From Mobula hypostoma (taxonomy: Eukaryota), in the NCBI RefSeq assembly GCF_963921235.1, contig NC_086108.1, forward strand, positions 16,988,001 through 17,052,000: a DNA stretch of 64,000 nucleotides. Reading direction: 5' to 3'. How positions within the stretch are numbered: the first letter of the stretch is position 1; every line of letters starts with the position of its first letter. The position numbers and the translations under genes are program-made. Of the stretch, positions 12,170 to 25,689 are shown piece after piece. Below the pieces are notes generated by a model. That model made no database searches. It was not told where the DNA came from and saw nothing but the letters and a program-made list of their open reading frames with translations.

Positions 12170-12385
12170 ATTCTAAAGTAACAAATCTATAGCCAGCAGT
12201 ACTATTATTTGCATACAGTAATGTGTAACAAATCTACAACAAACAGTATTATACAGTGACAGATGTATCTGTAGTCACCAGTCCTTAACATGATTGCATA
12301 CTGTGTTATACTGACATTTTATCCTATCACTGTACCACAGCTTCACAATGACATACCTCTTTCTAACTCCAAATAGAGGTGTGTC
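12170..12385 (+). repeat. Patch of ancient ~43-bp tandem repeat
   Basis: GTAACAAATCTATAGCCAGCAGTACTAT, ATTATACAGTGACAGA, TGTGTTATACTGACA. Confidence 0.6.
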
Positions 12386-12386
12386 A

Positions 12387-12625
12387 TTTATTTATTTAAA
12401 AATACGGGTGGAACAGGCCCTACCAGCCTAACGAGCCGCACCACCACAGGACAATTTACAATGACCAATTAACCTACAACCCAGTACGTCTTTGCAATAT
12501 GGGAGGAAACCAGAGCACTGGAAAAAAAACCCATGTACCCAGGAGAAGAAGTACAAACTTTCTTAGAGGGAATGCCAGAGTTGAACCCAAACTCTGACAC
12601 CCCAAGCTTTAATAGCTACACTACA
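12387..12625 (-). mobile_element. V-SINE-like element
   Basis: GGGAGGAAACCAGAGCAC (reverse complement of the V-domain core); ACAGGACAATTTACAATGACCAATTAACCTA; (TAAA)n tail. Confidence 0.7.
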
Positions 12626-12689
12626 AAGATGTCCGTTTTAAAGCTGTGCTACAGTGGTAGGATCATCTGTGCTGTACAAATTATGTCAA

Positions 12690-12790
12690 TTCATGGAGCA
12701 CAGAAATAGACCCTTCGACACACTACATTCATATGGACCATTTTGTCCATTTATATTATTCTAATTTGCCCACACCGGGACTGTAGCCTT
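12690..12790 (-). mobile_element. Degenerate CR1 3' UTR running into the satellite
   Basis: AGCACAGAAATAGACCCTTCGAC resembles ACAGCACAGTACAGGCCTTTCGGCCC at 9191-9216 (CR1 terminal region, antisense). Confidence 0.55.
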
Positions 12791-15700
12791 CATTTGCCCA
12801 CACCGGGACTGTCGCCTTCATTTGCCCACACCGGGACTGTAGCCTTCACTAGCCCACACTGGGACTGTAGCCTTCACTTGCCCACACTGGGACTGTAGCC
12901 TGCATTTGCCCACACCGGGACTGTCGCCTTCATTTGCCCACACTGGGACTGTCGCCTTCATTTGCCCACACCGGGACTGTAGCCTTCATTTGCCCACACC
13001 GGGACTGTAGCCTTCATTTGCCCACACCGGGACTGCAGCCTTCATTTGCCCACACTGGGACTGCAGCCTTCATTTGCCCACACTGGGACTGTAGCCTTCA
13101 TTTACCCACACTGGGACTCTAGCCTGCATTTGCCCACACCGGGACTGTCGCCTTCATTTGCCCACACTGGGACTGTAGCCTTCATTTGCCCACACCGGGA
13201 CTGCAGCCTTCATTTGCCCACACCGGGACTGTCGCCTTCATTTGCCCACACCGGGACTGTAGCCTGCATTTGCCCACACCGGCACTGCAGCCTTCATTTG
13301 CCCACACCGGGACTGTAGCCTTCATTTTACCACACGGGGACTGTAGCCTGCATTTGCCCACACCGGGACTGTCGCCTTCATTTGCCCACACTGGGACTGT
13401 CGCCTTCATTTGCCCACACCGGGACTGTAGCCTTCATTTGCCCACACCGGGACTGCAGCCTTCATTTGCCCACACCGGGACTGTAGCCTGCATTTGCCCA
13501 CACCGGGACTGTCGCCTTCATTTGCCCACACCGGGACTGTAGCCTTCATTTGCCCACACCGGGACTGTAGCCTTCATTTGCCCACACTGGGACTGGAGCC
13601 TTCATTTGCCCACACCGGGACTGTAGCCTGCATTTGCCCACACCGGGACTGTAGCCTGCATTTGCCCACACCGGGACTGCAACCTTCATTTGCCCACACC
13701 GGGACTGTAGCCTTCATTTGCCCACACTGGGACTGTAGCCTGCATTTGCCCACACCGGGACTGTAGCCTTCATTTGCCCACACTGGGACTGTCGCCTTCA
13801 TTTGCCCACACTGGGACTGCAGCCTTCATTTGCCCACACCGGGACTGTAGCCTGCATTTGCCCACACCGGGACTGTAGCCTGCATTTGCCCACACCGGGA
13901 CTGCAACCTTCATTTGCCCACACCGGGACTGTAGCCTTCATTTGCCCACACTGGGACTGTAGCCTGCATTTGCCCACACCGGGACTGTAGCCTTCATTTG
14001 CCCACACTGGGACTGTAGCCTGCATTTGCCCACACCGGGACTGTAGCCTTCATTTGCCCACACTGGGACTGTAGCCTTCATTTGCCCACACTGGGACTGT
14101 AGCCTGCATTTGCCCACACCGGGACTGTCGCCTTCATTTGCCCACACCGGGACTGTAGCCTTCATTTGCCCACACCGGGACTGTAGCCTTCATTTGCCCA
14201 CACTGGGACTGTAGCCTTCATTTGCCCACACCGGGACTGTAGCCTGCATTTGCCCACACTGGGACTGTAGCCTGCATTTGCCCACACCGGGACTGTAGCC
14301 TTCATTTGCCCACACTGGGACTGTAGCCTGCATTTGCCCACACCGGGACTGTCGCCTTCATTTGCCCACACCGGGACTGTAGCCTTCATTTGCCCACACC
14401 GGGACTGTAGCCTGCATTTGCCCACACCGGGACTGTAGCCTGCATTTGCCCACACCGGGACTGTAGCCTGCATTTGCCCACACCGGGACTGTAGCCTGCA
14501 TTTGCCCACACCGGGACTGCAACCTTCATTTGCCCACACCGGGACTGTAGCCTTCATTTGCCCACACGGGACTGTAGCCTTCATTTGCCCACACGGGACT
14601 GAGCCCCCACACCGGGACTGTAGCCTTCATTTGCCCACACTGGGACTGTAGCCTGCATTTGCCCACACCCGGGACTGTAGCCTTCATTTGCCCACACTGG
14701 GACTGTCGCCTTCATTTGCCCACACTGGGACTGCAGCCTTCATTTGCCCACACCGGGACTGTAGCCTGCATTTGCCCACACCGGGACTGTAGCCTGCATT
14801 TGCCCACACCGGGACTGCAGCCTTCATTTGCCCACACCGGGACTGTAGCCTTCATTTGCCCACACTGGGACTGTAGCCTGCATTTGCCCACACCGGGACT
14901 GTAGCCTTCATTTGCCCACACTGGGACTGTAGCCTGCATTTGCCCACACTGGGACTGCAGCCTTCATTTGCCCACACCGGGACTGTAGCCTTCATTTACC
15001 CACACTGGGACTGTAGCCTGCATTTGCCCACACTGGGACTGTCGCCTTCATTTGCCCACACCGGGACTGTAGCCTTCACTTGCCCACACTGGGACTGCAG
15101 CCTTCACTTGCCCACACCGGGACTGTCGCCTTCATTTGCCCACACCAGGACTGTAGCCTGCATTTGCCCACACTGGGACTGTCGCCTTCACTTGCCCACA
15201 CCGGGACTGTCGCCTTCATTTGCCCACACCGGGACTGTCGCCTTCATTTGCCCACACCGGGACTGTAGCCTTCACTTGCCCACACCGGGACTGCAGCCTT
15301 CATTTGCCCACACTGGGACTGTCGCCTTCATTTGCCCACACTGGGACTGTCGCCTTCATTTGCCCACACCGGGACTGCGGCCTTCATTTGCCCACACCGG
15401 GACTGTCGCCTTCATTTGCCCACACCGGGACTGTAGCCTGCATTTGCCCACACCGGGACTGTAGCCTGCATTTGCCCACACCGGGACTGCAACCTTCATT
15501 TGCCCACACCGGGACTGTAGCCTTCATTTGCCCACACTGGGACTGTAGCCTGCATTTGCCCACACCGGGACTGTAGCCTTCATTTGCCCACACTGGGACT
15601 GTAGCCTTCATTTGCCCACACGGGGACTGTAGCCTGCATTTGCCCACACCGGGACTGTCGCCTTCATTTGCCCACACCGGGACTGTAGCCTTCATTTGCC

Positions 15701-18700
15701 CACACCGGGACTGTAGCCTTCATTTGCCCACACTGGGACTGTAGCCTTCATTTGCCCACACCGGGACTGTAGCCTGCATTTGCCCACACTGGGACTGTAG
15801 CCTGCATTTGCCCACACCGGGACTGTAGCCTTCATTTGCCCACACTGGGACTGTAGCCTGCATTTGCCCACACCGGGACTGTCGCCTTCATTTGCCCACA
15901 CCGGGACTGTAGCCTTCATTTGCCCACACCGGGACTGTAGCCTGCATTTGCCCACACCGGGACTGTAGCCTGCATTTGCCCACACCGGGACTGTAGCCTG
16001 CATTTGCCCACACCGGGACTGTAGCCTGCATTTGCCCACACCGGGACTGCAACCTTCATTTGCCCACACCGGGACTGTAGCCTTCATTTGCCCACACTGG
16101 GACTGTAGCCTGCATTTGCCCACACCGGGACTGTAGCCTTCATTTGCCCACACTGGGACTGTCGCCTTCATTTGCCCACACTGGGACTGCAGCCTTCATT
16201 TGCCCACACCGGGACTGTAGCCTGCATTTGCCCACACCGGGACTGTAGCCTGCATTTGCCCACACCGGGACTGCAACCTTCATTTGCCCACACCGGGACT
16301 GTAGCCTTCATTTGCCCACACTGGGACTGTAGCCTGCATTTGCCCACACCGGGACTGTAGCCTTCATTTGCCCACACTGGGACTGTAGCCTGCATTTGCC
16401 CACACTGGGACTGCAGCCTTCATTTGCCCACACCGGGACTGTAGCCTTCATTTGCCCACACTGGGACTGTAGCCTGCATTTGCCCACACTGGGACTGTCG
16501 CCTTCATTTGCCCACACCGGGACTGTAGCCTTCACTTGCCCACACTGGGACTGCAGCCTTCACTTGCCCACACCGGGACTGTCGCCTTCATTTGCCCACA
16601 CCAGGACTGTAGCCTTCATTTGCCCACACTGGGACTGTAGCCTTCACTTGCCCACACCGGGACTGTAGCCTTCATTTGCCCACACCGGGACTGTAGCCTT
16701 CATTTGCCCACACCGGGACTGTAGCCTTCATTTGCCCACACCGGGACTGCAGCCTTCATTTGCCCACACTGGGACTGTAGCCTTCATTTGCCCACACTGG
16801 GACTGTCGCCTTCATTTGCCCACACCGGGACTGTCGCCTTCATTTGCCCACACCGGGACTGTAGCCTTCATTTGCCCACACTGGGACTGTCGCCTTCATT
16901 TGCCCACACCGGGACTGCGGCCTTCATTTGCCCACACTGGGACTGTAGCCTTCACTTGCCCACACCGGGACTGTCGCCTTCATTTGCCCACACCGGGACT
17001 GCGGCCTTCATTTGCCCACACCGGGACTGTAGCCTTCACTTGCCCACACCGGGACTGTAGCCTTCACTTGCCCACACCGGGACTGTAGCCTTCATTTGCC
17101 CACACTGGGACTGCAGCCTTCATTTGCCCACACCGGGACTGTAGCCTTCATTTGCCCACACCGGGACTGTAGCCTGCATTTGCCCACACTGGGACTGTGG
17201 CCTTCATTTGCCCAAACCGGGACTGTCGCCTTCATTTGCCCACACGGGGACTGTAGCCTTCACTTGCCCACACTGGGACTATAGCCTTCATTTGCCCACA
17301 CCGGGACTGTAGCCTTCATTTGCCCACACCGGGACTGTAGCCTTCATTTGCCCACACCGGGACTGTCGCCTTCATTTGCCCACACCGGGACTGCAGCCTT
17401 CATTTGCCCACACCGGGACTGTAGCCTTCATTTGCCCACACTGGGACTGTAGCCTTCATTTGCCCACACCGGGACTGTAGCCTTCATTTACCCACACTGG
17501 GACTGTCGCCTTCATTTGCCCGAACCGGGACTGTAGCCTTCATTTGCCCACACTGGGACTGTAGCCTTCATTTGCCCACACCGGGACTGTAGCCTTCATT
17601 TGCCCACACCGGGACTGTCGCCTTCATTTGCCCACACTGGGACTGTAGCCTTCATTTGCCCACACTGGGACTGTCGCCTTCATTTGCCCACACCGGGACT
17701 GTAGCCTTCACTTGCCCACACTGGGACTGTAGCCTTCATTTGCCCACACTGGGACTGTAGCCTGCATTTGCCCACACTGGGACTGTAGCCTTCACTTGCC
17801 CACACTGGGACTATAGCCTTCATTTGCCCACACCGGGACTGTAGCCTTCATTTACCCGAACCGGGACTGTAGCCTTCATTTGCCCACACTGGGACTGTAG
17901 CCTTCATTTGCCCACACCGGGACTGTAGCCTTCATTTGCCCACACCGGGACTGTCGCCTTCATTTGCCCACACTGGGACTGTAGCCTTCATTTGCCCACA
18001 CCGGGACTGTAGCCTTCATTTGCCCACACTGGGACTGCAGCCTTCATTTGCCCACACGGGGACTGTAGCCTGCATTTGCCCACACCGGGACTGTAGCCTT
18101 CATTTGCCCACACTGGGACTGTAGCCTGCATTTGCCCACACCGGGACTGCAGCCTGCATTTGCCCACACCGGGACTGTAGCCTTCATTTGCCCACACCGG
18201 GACTGTCGCCTTCATTTGCCCACACTGGGACTGTAGCCTTCATTTGCCCACACCGGGACTGTAGCCTGCATTTGCCCACACCGGGACTGTAGCCTTCATT
18301 TGCCCACACCGGGACTGTAGCCTTCATTTGCCCAAACCGGGACTGTAGCCTGCATTTGCCCACACCGGGACTGTAGCCTTCATTTACCCACACCGGGACT
18401 GTCGCCTTCATTTGCCCAAACCGGGACTGTAGCCTTCATTTGCCCACACCGGGACTGTAGCCTTCATTTGCCCACACCGGGACTGTAGCCTTCATTTGCC
18501 CACACCGGGACTGTAGCCTTCATTTGCCCACACTGGGACTGTAGCCTGCATTTGCCCACACCGGGACTGTAGCCTTCACTTGCCCACACCGGGACTGTAG
18601 CCTTCATTTGCCCACACTGGGACTGTGGCCTTCATTTGCCCACACCGGGACTGTAGCCTTCATTTGCCCACACTGGGACTGTCGCCTTCATTTGCCCACA

Positions 18701-21700
18701 CCGGGACTGCGGCCTTCATTTGCCCACACTGGGACTGTAGCCTTCATTTGCCCACACTGGGACTGTGGCCTTCATTTGCCCACACCGGGACTCTAGCCTT
18801 CATTTGCCCACACCGGGACTGCAGACTTCATTTGCCCACACTGGGACTGTAGCCTTCATTTGCCCACACCGGGACTGTAGCCTTCATTTGCCCACACCGG
18901 GACTGCAGCCTTCATTTGCCCACACTGGGACTGCAGCCTTCATTTGCCCACACTGGGACTGTAGCCTTCATTTGCCCACACCGGGACTGTAGCCTTCATT
19001 TGCCCACACCGGGACTGTAGCCTTCATTTGCCCACACTGGGACTGTAGCCTGCATTTGCCCACACCGGGACTGTAGCCTTTATTTGCCCACACTGGGACT
19101 GTAGCCTGCATTTGCCCACACCGGGACTGTAGCCTTCACTTGTCCACACCGGGACTGTAGCCTTCATTTGCCCACACTGGGACTGTAGCCTGCATTTGCC
19201 CACACCGGGACTGTAGCCTTCATTTGCCCACACCGGGACTGTAGCCTTCATTTGCCCACACGGGGACTGTAGCCTTCATTTGCCCACACGGGGACTGTAG
19301 CCTTCATTTGCCCACACTGGGACTGTAGCCTTCATTTGCCCACACCGGGACTGTAGCCTTCATTTGCCCACAGCGGGACTGTAGCCTTCACTTGCCCACA
19401 CGGGGACTGTAGCCTTCATTTGCCCACACCGGGACTGTAGCCTTCATTTGCCCACACCGGGACTGTAGCCTTCACTTGCCCACACCGGGACTGTCGCCTT
19501 CATTTGCCCACACTGGGACTGTAGCCTTCATTTGCCCACACTGGGACTGTAGCCTTCATTTGCCCACACCGGGACTGTAGCCTTCATTTGCCCACACCGG
19601 GACTGTAGCCTTCACTTGCCCACACCGGGACTGTAGCCTTCATTTGCCCACACTGGGACTGTAGCCTTCATTTGCCCACACCGGGACTGTAGCCTTCATT
19701 TGCCCACACCGGGACTGCAGACTTCATTTGCCCAAACCGGGACTGTCGCCTTCATTTGCCCACACGGGGACTGTAGCCTTCACTTGCCCACACCGGGACT
19801 GTAGCCTTCATTTGCCCACACAGGGACTGTAGCCTGCATTTGCCCACACTGGGACTGTAGCCTGCATTTGCCCACACCGGGACTGTAGCCTTCATTTGCC
19901 CAAACCGGGACTGTCGCCTTCATTTGCCCACACGGGGCCTGTAGCCTTCATTTGTCCACACCGGGACTGCAGCCTTCACTTGCCCACACCGGGACTGTAG
20001 CCTTGATTTGCTCACACCGGGACTGTAGCCTTCACTTGCCCACACCGGGACTGTAGCCTTCATTTGCCCACACTGGGCCTGTAGCCTTCATTTGCCCACA
20101 CCGGGACTGTAGCCTTCATTTGCCCACACGGGGACTGTAGCCTGCATTTGCCCACACTGGGACTGTACCCTGCATTTGCCCACACTGGGACTGTAGCCTT
20201 CATTTGCCCACACTGTGACTGTAGCCTGCATTTGCCCACACTGGGACTGTAGCCTTCATTTGCCCACACCGGGCCTGTAGCCTGCATTTGCCCACACTGG
20301 GACTGTAGCCTTCATTTGCCCACACCGGGACTGTCGCCTTCATTTGCCCACACTGGGACTGTAGCCTTCATTTGCCCACACGGGGACTGTCGCCTTCATT
20401 TGCCCACACTGGGACTGTAGCCTTCATTTGCCCACACTGGGACGGTAGCCTTCACTTGTCCACACCGGGACTGTAGCCTTCATTTACCCACACTGGGACT
20501 GTAGCCTTCATTTGCCCACACTGGGACTGTAGCCTTCATTTGCCCACACTGGGACTGTAGCCTTCATTTGCCCACACCGGGACTGTAGCCTTCATTTGCC
20601 CACACCGGGACTGTAGCCTTCATTTGCCCACACCGGGACTGTAGCCTTCATTTGCCCACACCGGGACTGTAGCCTTCACTTGCCCACACTGGGACTGTAG
20701 CCTTCATTTGCCCACACTGGGACTGTAGCCTTCACTTGCCCACACTGGGACTGTCGCCTTCATTTGCCCACACTGGGACTGTAGCCTTCATTTGCCCACA
20801 CCGGGACTGTAGCCTTCACTTGTCCACACCGGGACTGTAGCCTTCATTTACCCACACTGGGACTGTAGCCTTCATTTGCCCACACTGGGACTGTAGCCTT
20901 CATTTGCCCACACCGGGACTTTAGCCTTCATTTGCCCACACCGGGACTGTAGCCTGCATTTGCCCACACCGGGACTGTAGCCTTCATTTGCCCACACCGG
21001 GACTGTAGCCTGCATTTGCCCACACCGGGACTGTAGCCTTCATTTGCCCACACCGGGACTGTAGCCTTCATTTCCCCACACCGGGACTGTAGCCTTCACT
21101 TGCCCACACTGGGACTGTAGCCTTCATTTGCCCACACTGGGACTGTAGCCTTCACTTGCCCACACTGGGACTGTAGCCTTCATTTGCCCACACTGGGACT
21201 GTAGCCTTCATTTGCCCACACCGGGACTGTAGCCTGCATTTGCCCACACCGGGACTGTAGCCTTCATTTGCCCACACCGGGACTGTCGCCTTCACTTGCC
21301 CACACCGGGACTGCAGCCTTCATTTGCCCACACCGGGACTGCAGCCTTCATTTGCCCACACTGGGACTGTCGCCTTCATTTACCCACACCGGGACTGTAG
21401 CCTTCATTTGCCCACACTGGGACTGTAGCCTTCATTTGCCCACACCGGGACTGTAGCCTTCATTTGCCCACACTGGGACTGTAGCCTTCATTTGCCCACA
21501 CCGGGACTGTAGCCTTCATTTGCCCACACTGGGACTGTAGCCTTCATTTGCCCACACTGGGACTGTAGCCTTCATTTGCCCACACCGGGACTGTAGCCTT
21601 CATTTGCCCACACCGGGACTGTCGCCTTCATTTGCCCACACCGGGACTGTAGCCTGCATTTGCCCACACCGGGACTGTAGCCTTCACTTGCCCACACTGG

Positions 21701-24536
21701 GACTGTGGCCTTCATTTGCCCACACTGGGACTGTAGCCTTCACTTGCCCACACCGGGACTGTAGCCTTCATTTGCCCACACTGGGACTGTAGCCTTCACT
21801 TGCCCACACCGGGACTGTAGCCTTCATTTGCCCACACCGGGACTGTCGCCTTCATTTGCCCACACCGGGCCTGTAGCCTTCACTTGCCCACACCGGGACT
21901 GTAGCCTTCATTTGCCCACACCGGGACTGTGGCCTGCATTTGCCCACACCGGGCCTGTAGCCTTCACTTGCCCACACCGGGCCTGTAGCCTTCACTTGCC
22001 CACACCGGGACTGTGGCCTGCATTTGCCCACACCGGGACTGTAGCCTTCATTTGCCCACACCGGGCCTGTAGCCTTCACTTGCCCACACCGGGACTGTAG
22101 CCTTCATTTGCCCACACCGGGACTGTCGCCTTCATTTGCCCACACCGGGACTGTCGCCTTCACTTGCCCACACCTGGACTGCAGACTTCATTTGCCCAAA
22201 CCGGGACTGTAGCCTTCATTTGCCCACACCGGGACTGTAGCCTTCATTTGCCCACACGGGGACTGTAGCCTTCATTTGCCCACACCGGGACTGTAGCCTT
22301 CATTTGCCCACACCGGGACTGTAGCCTTCATTTGCCCACACTGGGACTGTAGCCTTCATTTGCCCACACTGGGACTGTAGCCTTCATTTGCCCACACTGG
22401 GACTGTCGCCTTCATTTGCCCACACTGGGACTGTAGCCTTCATTTGCCCACACCGGGACTGTCGCCTTCATTTGCCCACACCGGGACTGCAGCCTTCATT
22501 TGCCCACACTGGGACTGTAGCCTTCATTTGCCCACACGGGGACTGTCGCCTTCATTTGCCCACACTGGGACTGTCGCCTTCATTTGCCCACACCGGGACT
22601 GTAGCCTTCACTTGCCCACACCGGGACTGCAGCCTTCATTTGCCCACACGGGGACTGTAGCCTTCATTTGCCCACACCGGGACTGTAGCCTTCATTTGCC
22701 CACACCGGGACTGCAGCCTTCATTTGCCCACACGGGGACTGTAGCCTTCATTTGCCCACACGGGGACTGTAGCCTTCATTTGCCCACACTAGGACTGTAG
22801 CCTGCATTTGCCCACACCGGGACTGCCGCCTTCACTTGCCCACACTGGGACTGTAGCCTTCATTTGCCCACACCGGGACTGTAGCCTTCATTTGCCCACA
22901 CCGGGACTGCAGCCTTCATTTGCCCACACTGGGACTGTAGCCTTCATTTGCCCACACGGGGACTGTCGTCTTCATTTGCCCACACTGGGACTGTCGCCTT
23001 CATTTGCCCACACCGGGACTGTAGCCTTCACTTGCCCACACCGGGACTGCAGCCTTCATTTGCCCACACGGGGACTGTAGCCTTCATTTGCCCACACCGG
23101 GACTGTAGCCTTCATTTGCCCACACCGGGACTGCAGCCTTCATTTGCCCACACGGGGACTGTAGCCTGCATTTGCCCACACCGGGACTGCAGCCTTCACT
23201 TGTCCACACCGGGACTGTAGCCTTCACTTGCCCACACCGGGACTGTAGCCTTCATTTGCCCACACCGGGACTGTAGCCTTCATTTGCCCACACGGGGACT
23301 GTAGCCTTCATTTGCCCACACTAGGACTGCAGCCTTCACTTGTCCACACCGGGACTGTAGCCTTCACTTGCCCACACCGGGACTGTAGCCTTCAATAGCC
23401 CACACCGGGCCTGTAGCCTTCACTTGTCCACACCGGGACTGTAGCCTTCACTTGTCCACACCGGGACTGTAGCCTTCATTTGCCCACACCGGGACTGTAG
23501 CCTTCATTTGCCCACACCGGGACTGCAGCCTTCATTTGCCCACACCGGGACTGTAGCCTTCATTTGCCCACACCGGGACTGTAGCCTTCACTTGCCCACA
23601 CCGGGACTGTAGCCTTCACTTGCCCACACCGGGACTGTAGCCTTCATTTGCCCACACCGGGCCTGTAGCCTTCACTTGTCCACACCGGGACTGTAGCCTT
23701 CATTTGCCCACACCGGGACTGTAGCCTTCATTTGCCCACACCGGGACTGCAGCCTTCACTTGCCCACACTGGGACTGTAGCCTTCATTTACCCACACCGG
23801 GACTGCAGCCTTCATTTACCCACACCGGGACTGTAGCCTTCATTTGCCCACACTAGGACTGTAGCCTTCACTTGTCCACACCGGGACTGTAGCCTTCACT
23901 TGCCCACACCGGGACTGCAGCCTTCATTTGCCCACACGGGGACTGTAGCCTTCATTTGCCCACACCGGGACTGTAGCCTTCATTTGCCCACACCGGGACT
24001 GTAGCCTTCACTTGCCCACACCGGGACTGTAGCCTTCATTTGCCCACACCGGGACTGTAGCCTTCATTTGCCCACACCGGGACTGTAGCCTTCACTTGCC
24101 CACACCGGGACTGTAGCCTTCATTTGCCCACACCGGGACTGTAGCCTTCATTTGCCCACACCGGGACTGTCGCCTGCATTTGCCCACACCGGGACTGTAG
24201 CCTTCACTTGTCCACACCGGGACTGTAGCCTTCACTTGCCCACACCGGGACTGTAGCCTTCACTTGTCCACACCGGGACTGTAGCCTTCACTTGTCCACA
24301 CCGGGACTGTAGCCTTCATTTGCCCACACCGGGACTGTAGCCTTCATTTGCCCACACCGGGCCTGTAGCCTTCACTTGCCCACACCGGGCCTGTAGCCTT
24401 CATTTGCCCACACCGGGACTGTCGCCTTCACTTGCCCACACCGGGACTGTAGCCTTCACTTGCCCACACCGGGACTGTAGCCTTCATTTGCCCACACCGG
24501 GCCTGTAGCCTTCATTTGCCCACACCGGGACTGTAC
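12764..24536. repeat. 28-bp tandem satellite, consensus CATTTGCCCACACCGGGACTGTAGCCTT, about 420 units
   Basis: Contiguous head-to-tail units visible throughout; ~11.8 kb / 28 bp; few substitutions per unit. Confidence 0.99.
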
Positions 24537-24569
24537 AGCCCTGGGTTTTTCTATTCAATAACATTTGTA

Positions 24570-25440
24570 CTTGTTGGTAATCATCAACGAGAAGGATTTG
24601 GAGACTGAAGATTAAGGCAAGAGTATGCTGATATTCTGGATCATAATTCCATCAGGAAGGGGTAGTTTTAACAAAGCTGGACTAAATTATGGTGAATAAG
24701 TCTCCAGGGCCTAGTTCGATCTAGCTCAAGATACTAAGGAAAGCAAGGGAGGAAATTTCTGGGGCTCTGATAGGGACTTTTACTTTTTTGTTAGCCATGA
24801 GTGAGATTCATGCAGAATGGAGGATATCTGCAGTCTTTCTTTTGAAAAAGGCAGTAGGGAAAAATCTGAAAACTACTTGTCAGTGATCCTTAAATCAGCA
24901 ATAGGGAAGTTGATGGATAAGATTTTGTGAGACACAATGTTTGTTCTCTTACAGGGACAGGGATTATTCAGGAATCAGCATAGTTTTGTACAGGAGGGTT
25001 CATGCCTCACAAACGCAATTGCATTTTTTTTGAGAAGGTAACAAAGAAAAATTGATGAAGGAAATGCCGCAGGGATGTGGACTTGAGTAAGGTTTTTGAC
25101 AAGGTCCAGCATGGTAGGCTGGTTCAAATGGTTAAAGTATAATGTATACAAGGCATGTTGTCAAAGTAGATCCAGAGCTCGTTTTTGCTAGGTTGCATGG
25201 GGTAATAGTGGATGAGTGCTTTTCTGACTGTAACAGATGCCGTACTGCAGGGATCTATGCTGGGATTTAGGTTGTTTGTAATATATATAAATGACCTGGG
25301 TGGAATGATCACATGTTGCATGAAATTTGATGGAGTTATAAATAATGAAGAAAATTGACAAAGGATACAGCAGGACGCAGGTTAGCTGAAAAGTTACGTG
25401 CGATGGTAGCAGATGGAATTGAATTCAAACAAATGTGAGA
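24570..25440 (+). mobile_element. Highly degenerate CR1 ORF2 fragment
   Basis: GACTTGAGTAAGGTTTTTGACAAGGTC (DxSKxFDKV), CAGGGATCTATGCTGGG, TATATAAATGACCTGG. Confidence 0.7.
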
Positions 25441-25689
25441 TCTTAAAATGGTGCTGATAAGTAGCAACCCTTTGTATGCAGCTCTGAAGGGAATCATCAT
25501 ATAATCCCTTTTCGAATTATGATGGCTGAAATCCACAGTCAAGGCCATGCATACTGCTGTAAGCAACATCACTTAAAGATGTTTTAAACAATTTACTGAT
25601 CTTCAAAATCAGCGGTCCCCAGGCAGCAGTCTTGGGTAGTGAGTACAATTCACCTTTAAGAAAATGGAAGCAGGGAAGGTATATTGGGC

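Noticed and set aside
12934..23220. Dozens of Cys/His-rich ORFs as real zinc-finger genes
   Set aside because: They are read-through of a 28-nt repeat in all frames, mostly from non-ATG starts, with frequent stops and no second His ligand
12764..24536. CRISPR array (28-bp repeats)
   Set aside because: Units are contiguous with no unique spacers, there are no cas genes, and the context is eukaryotic
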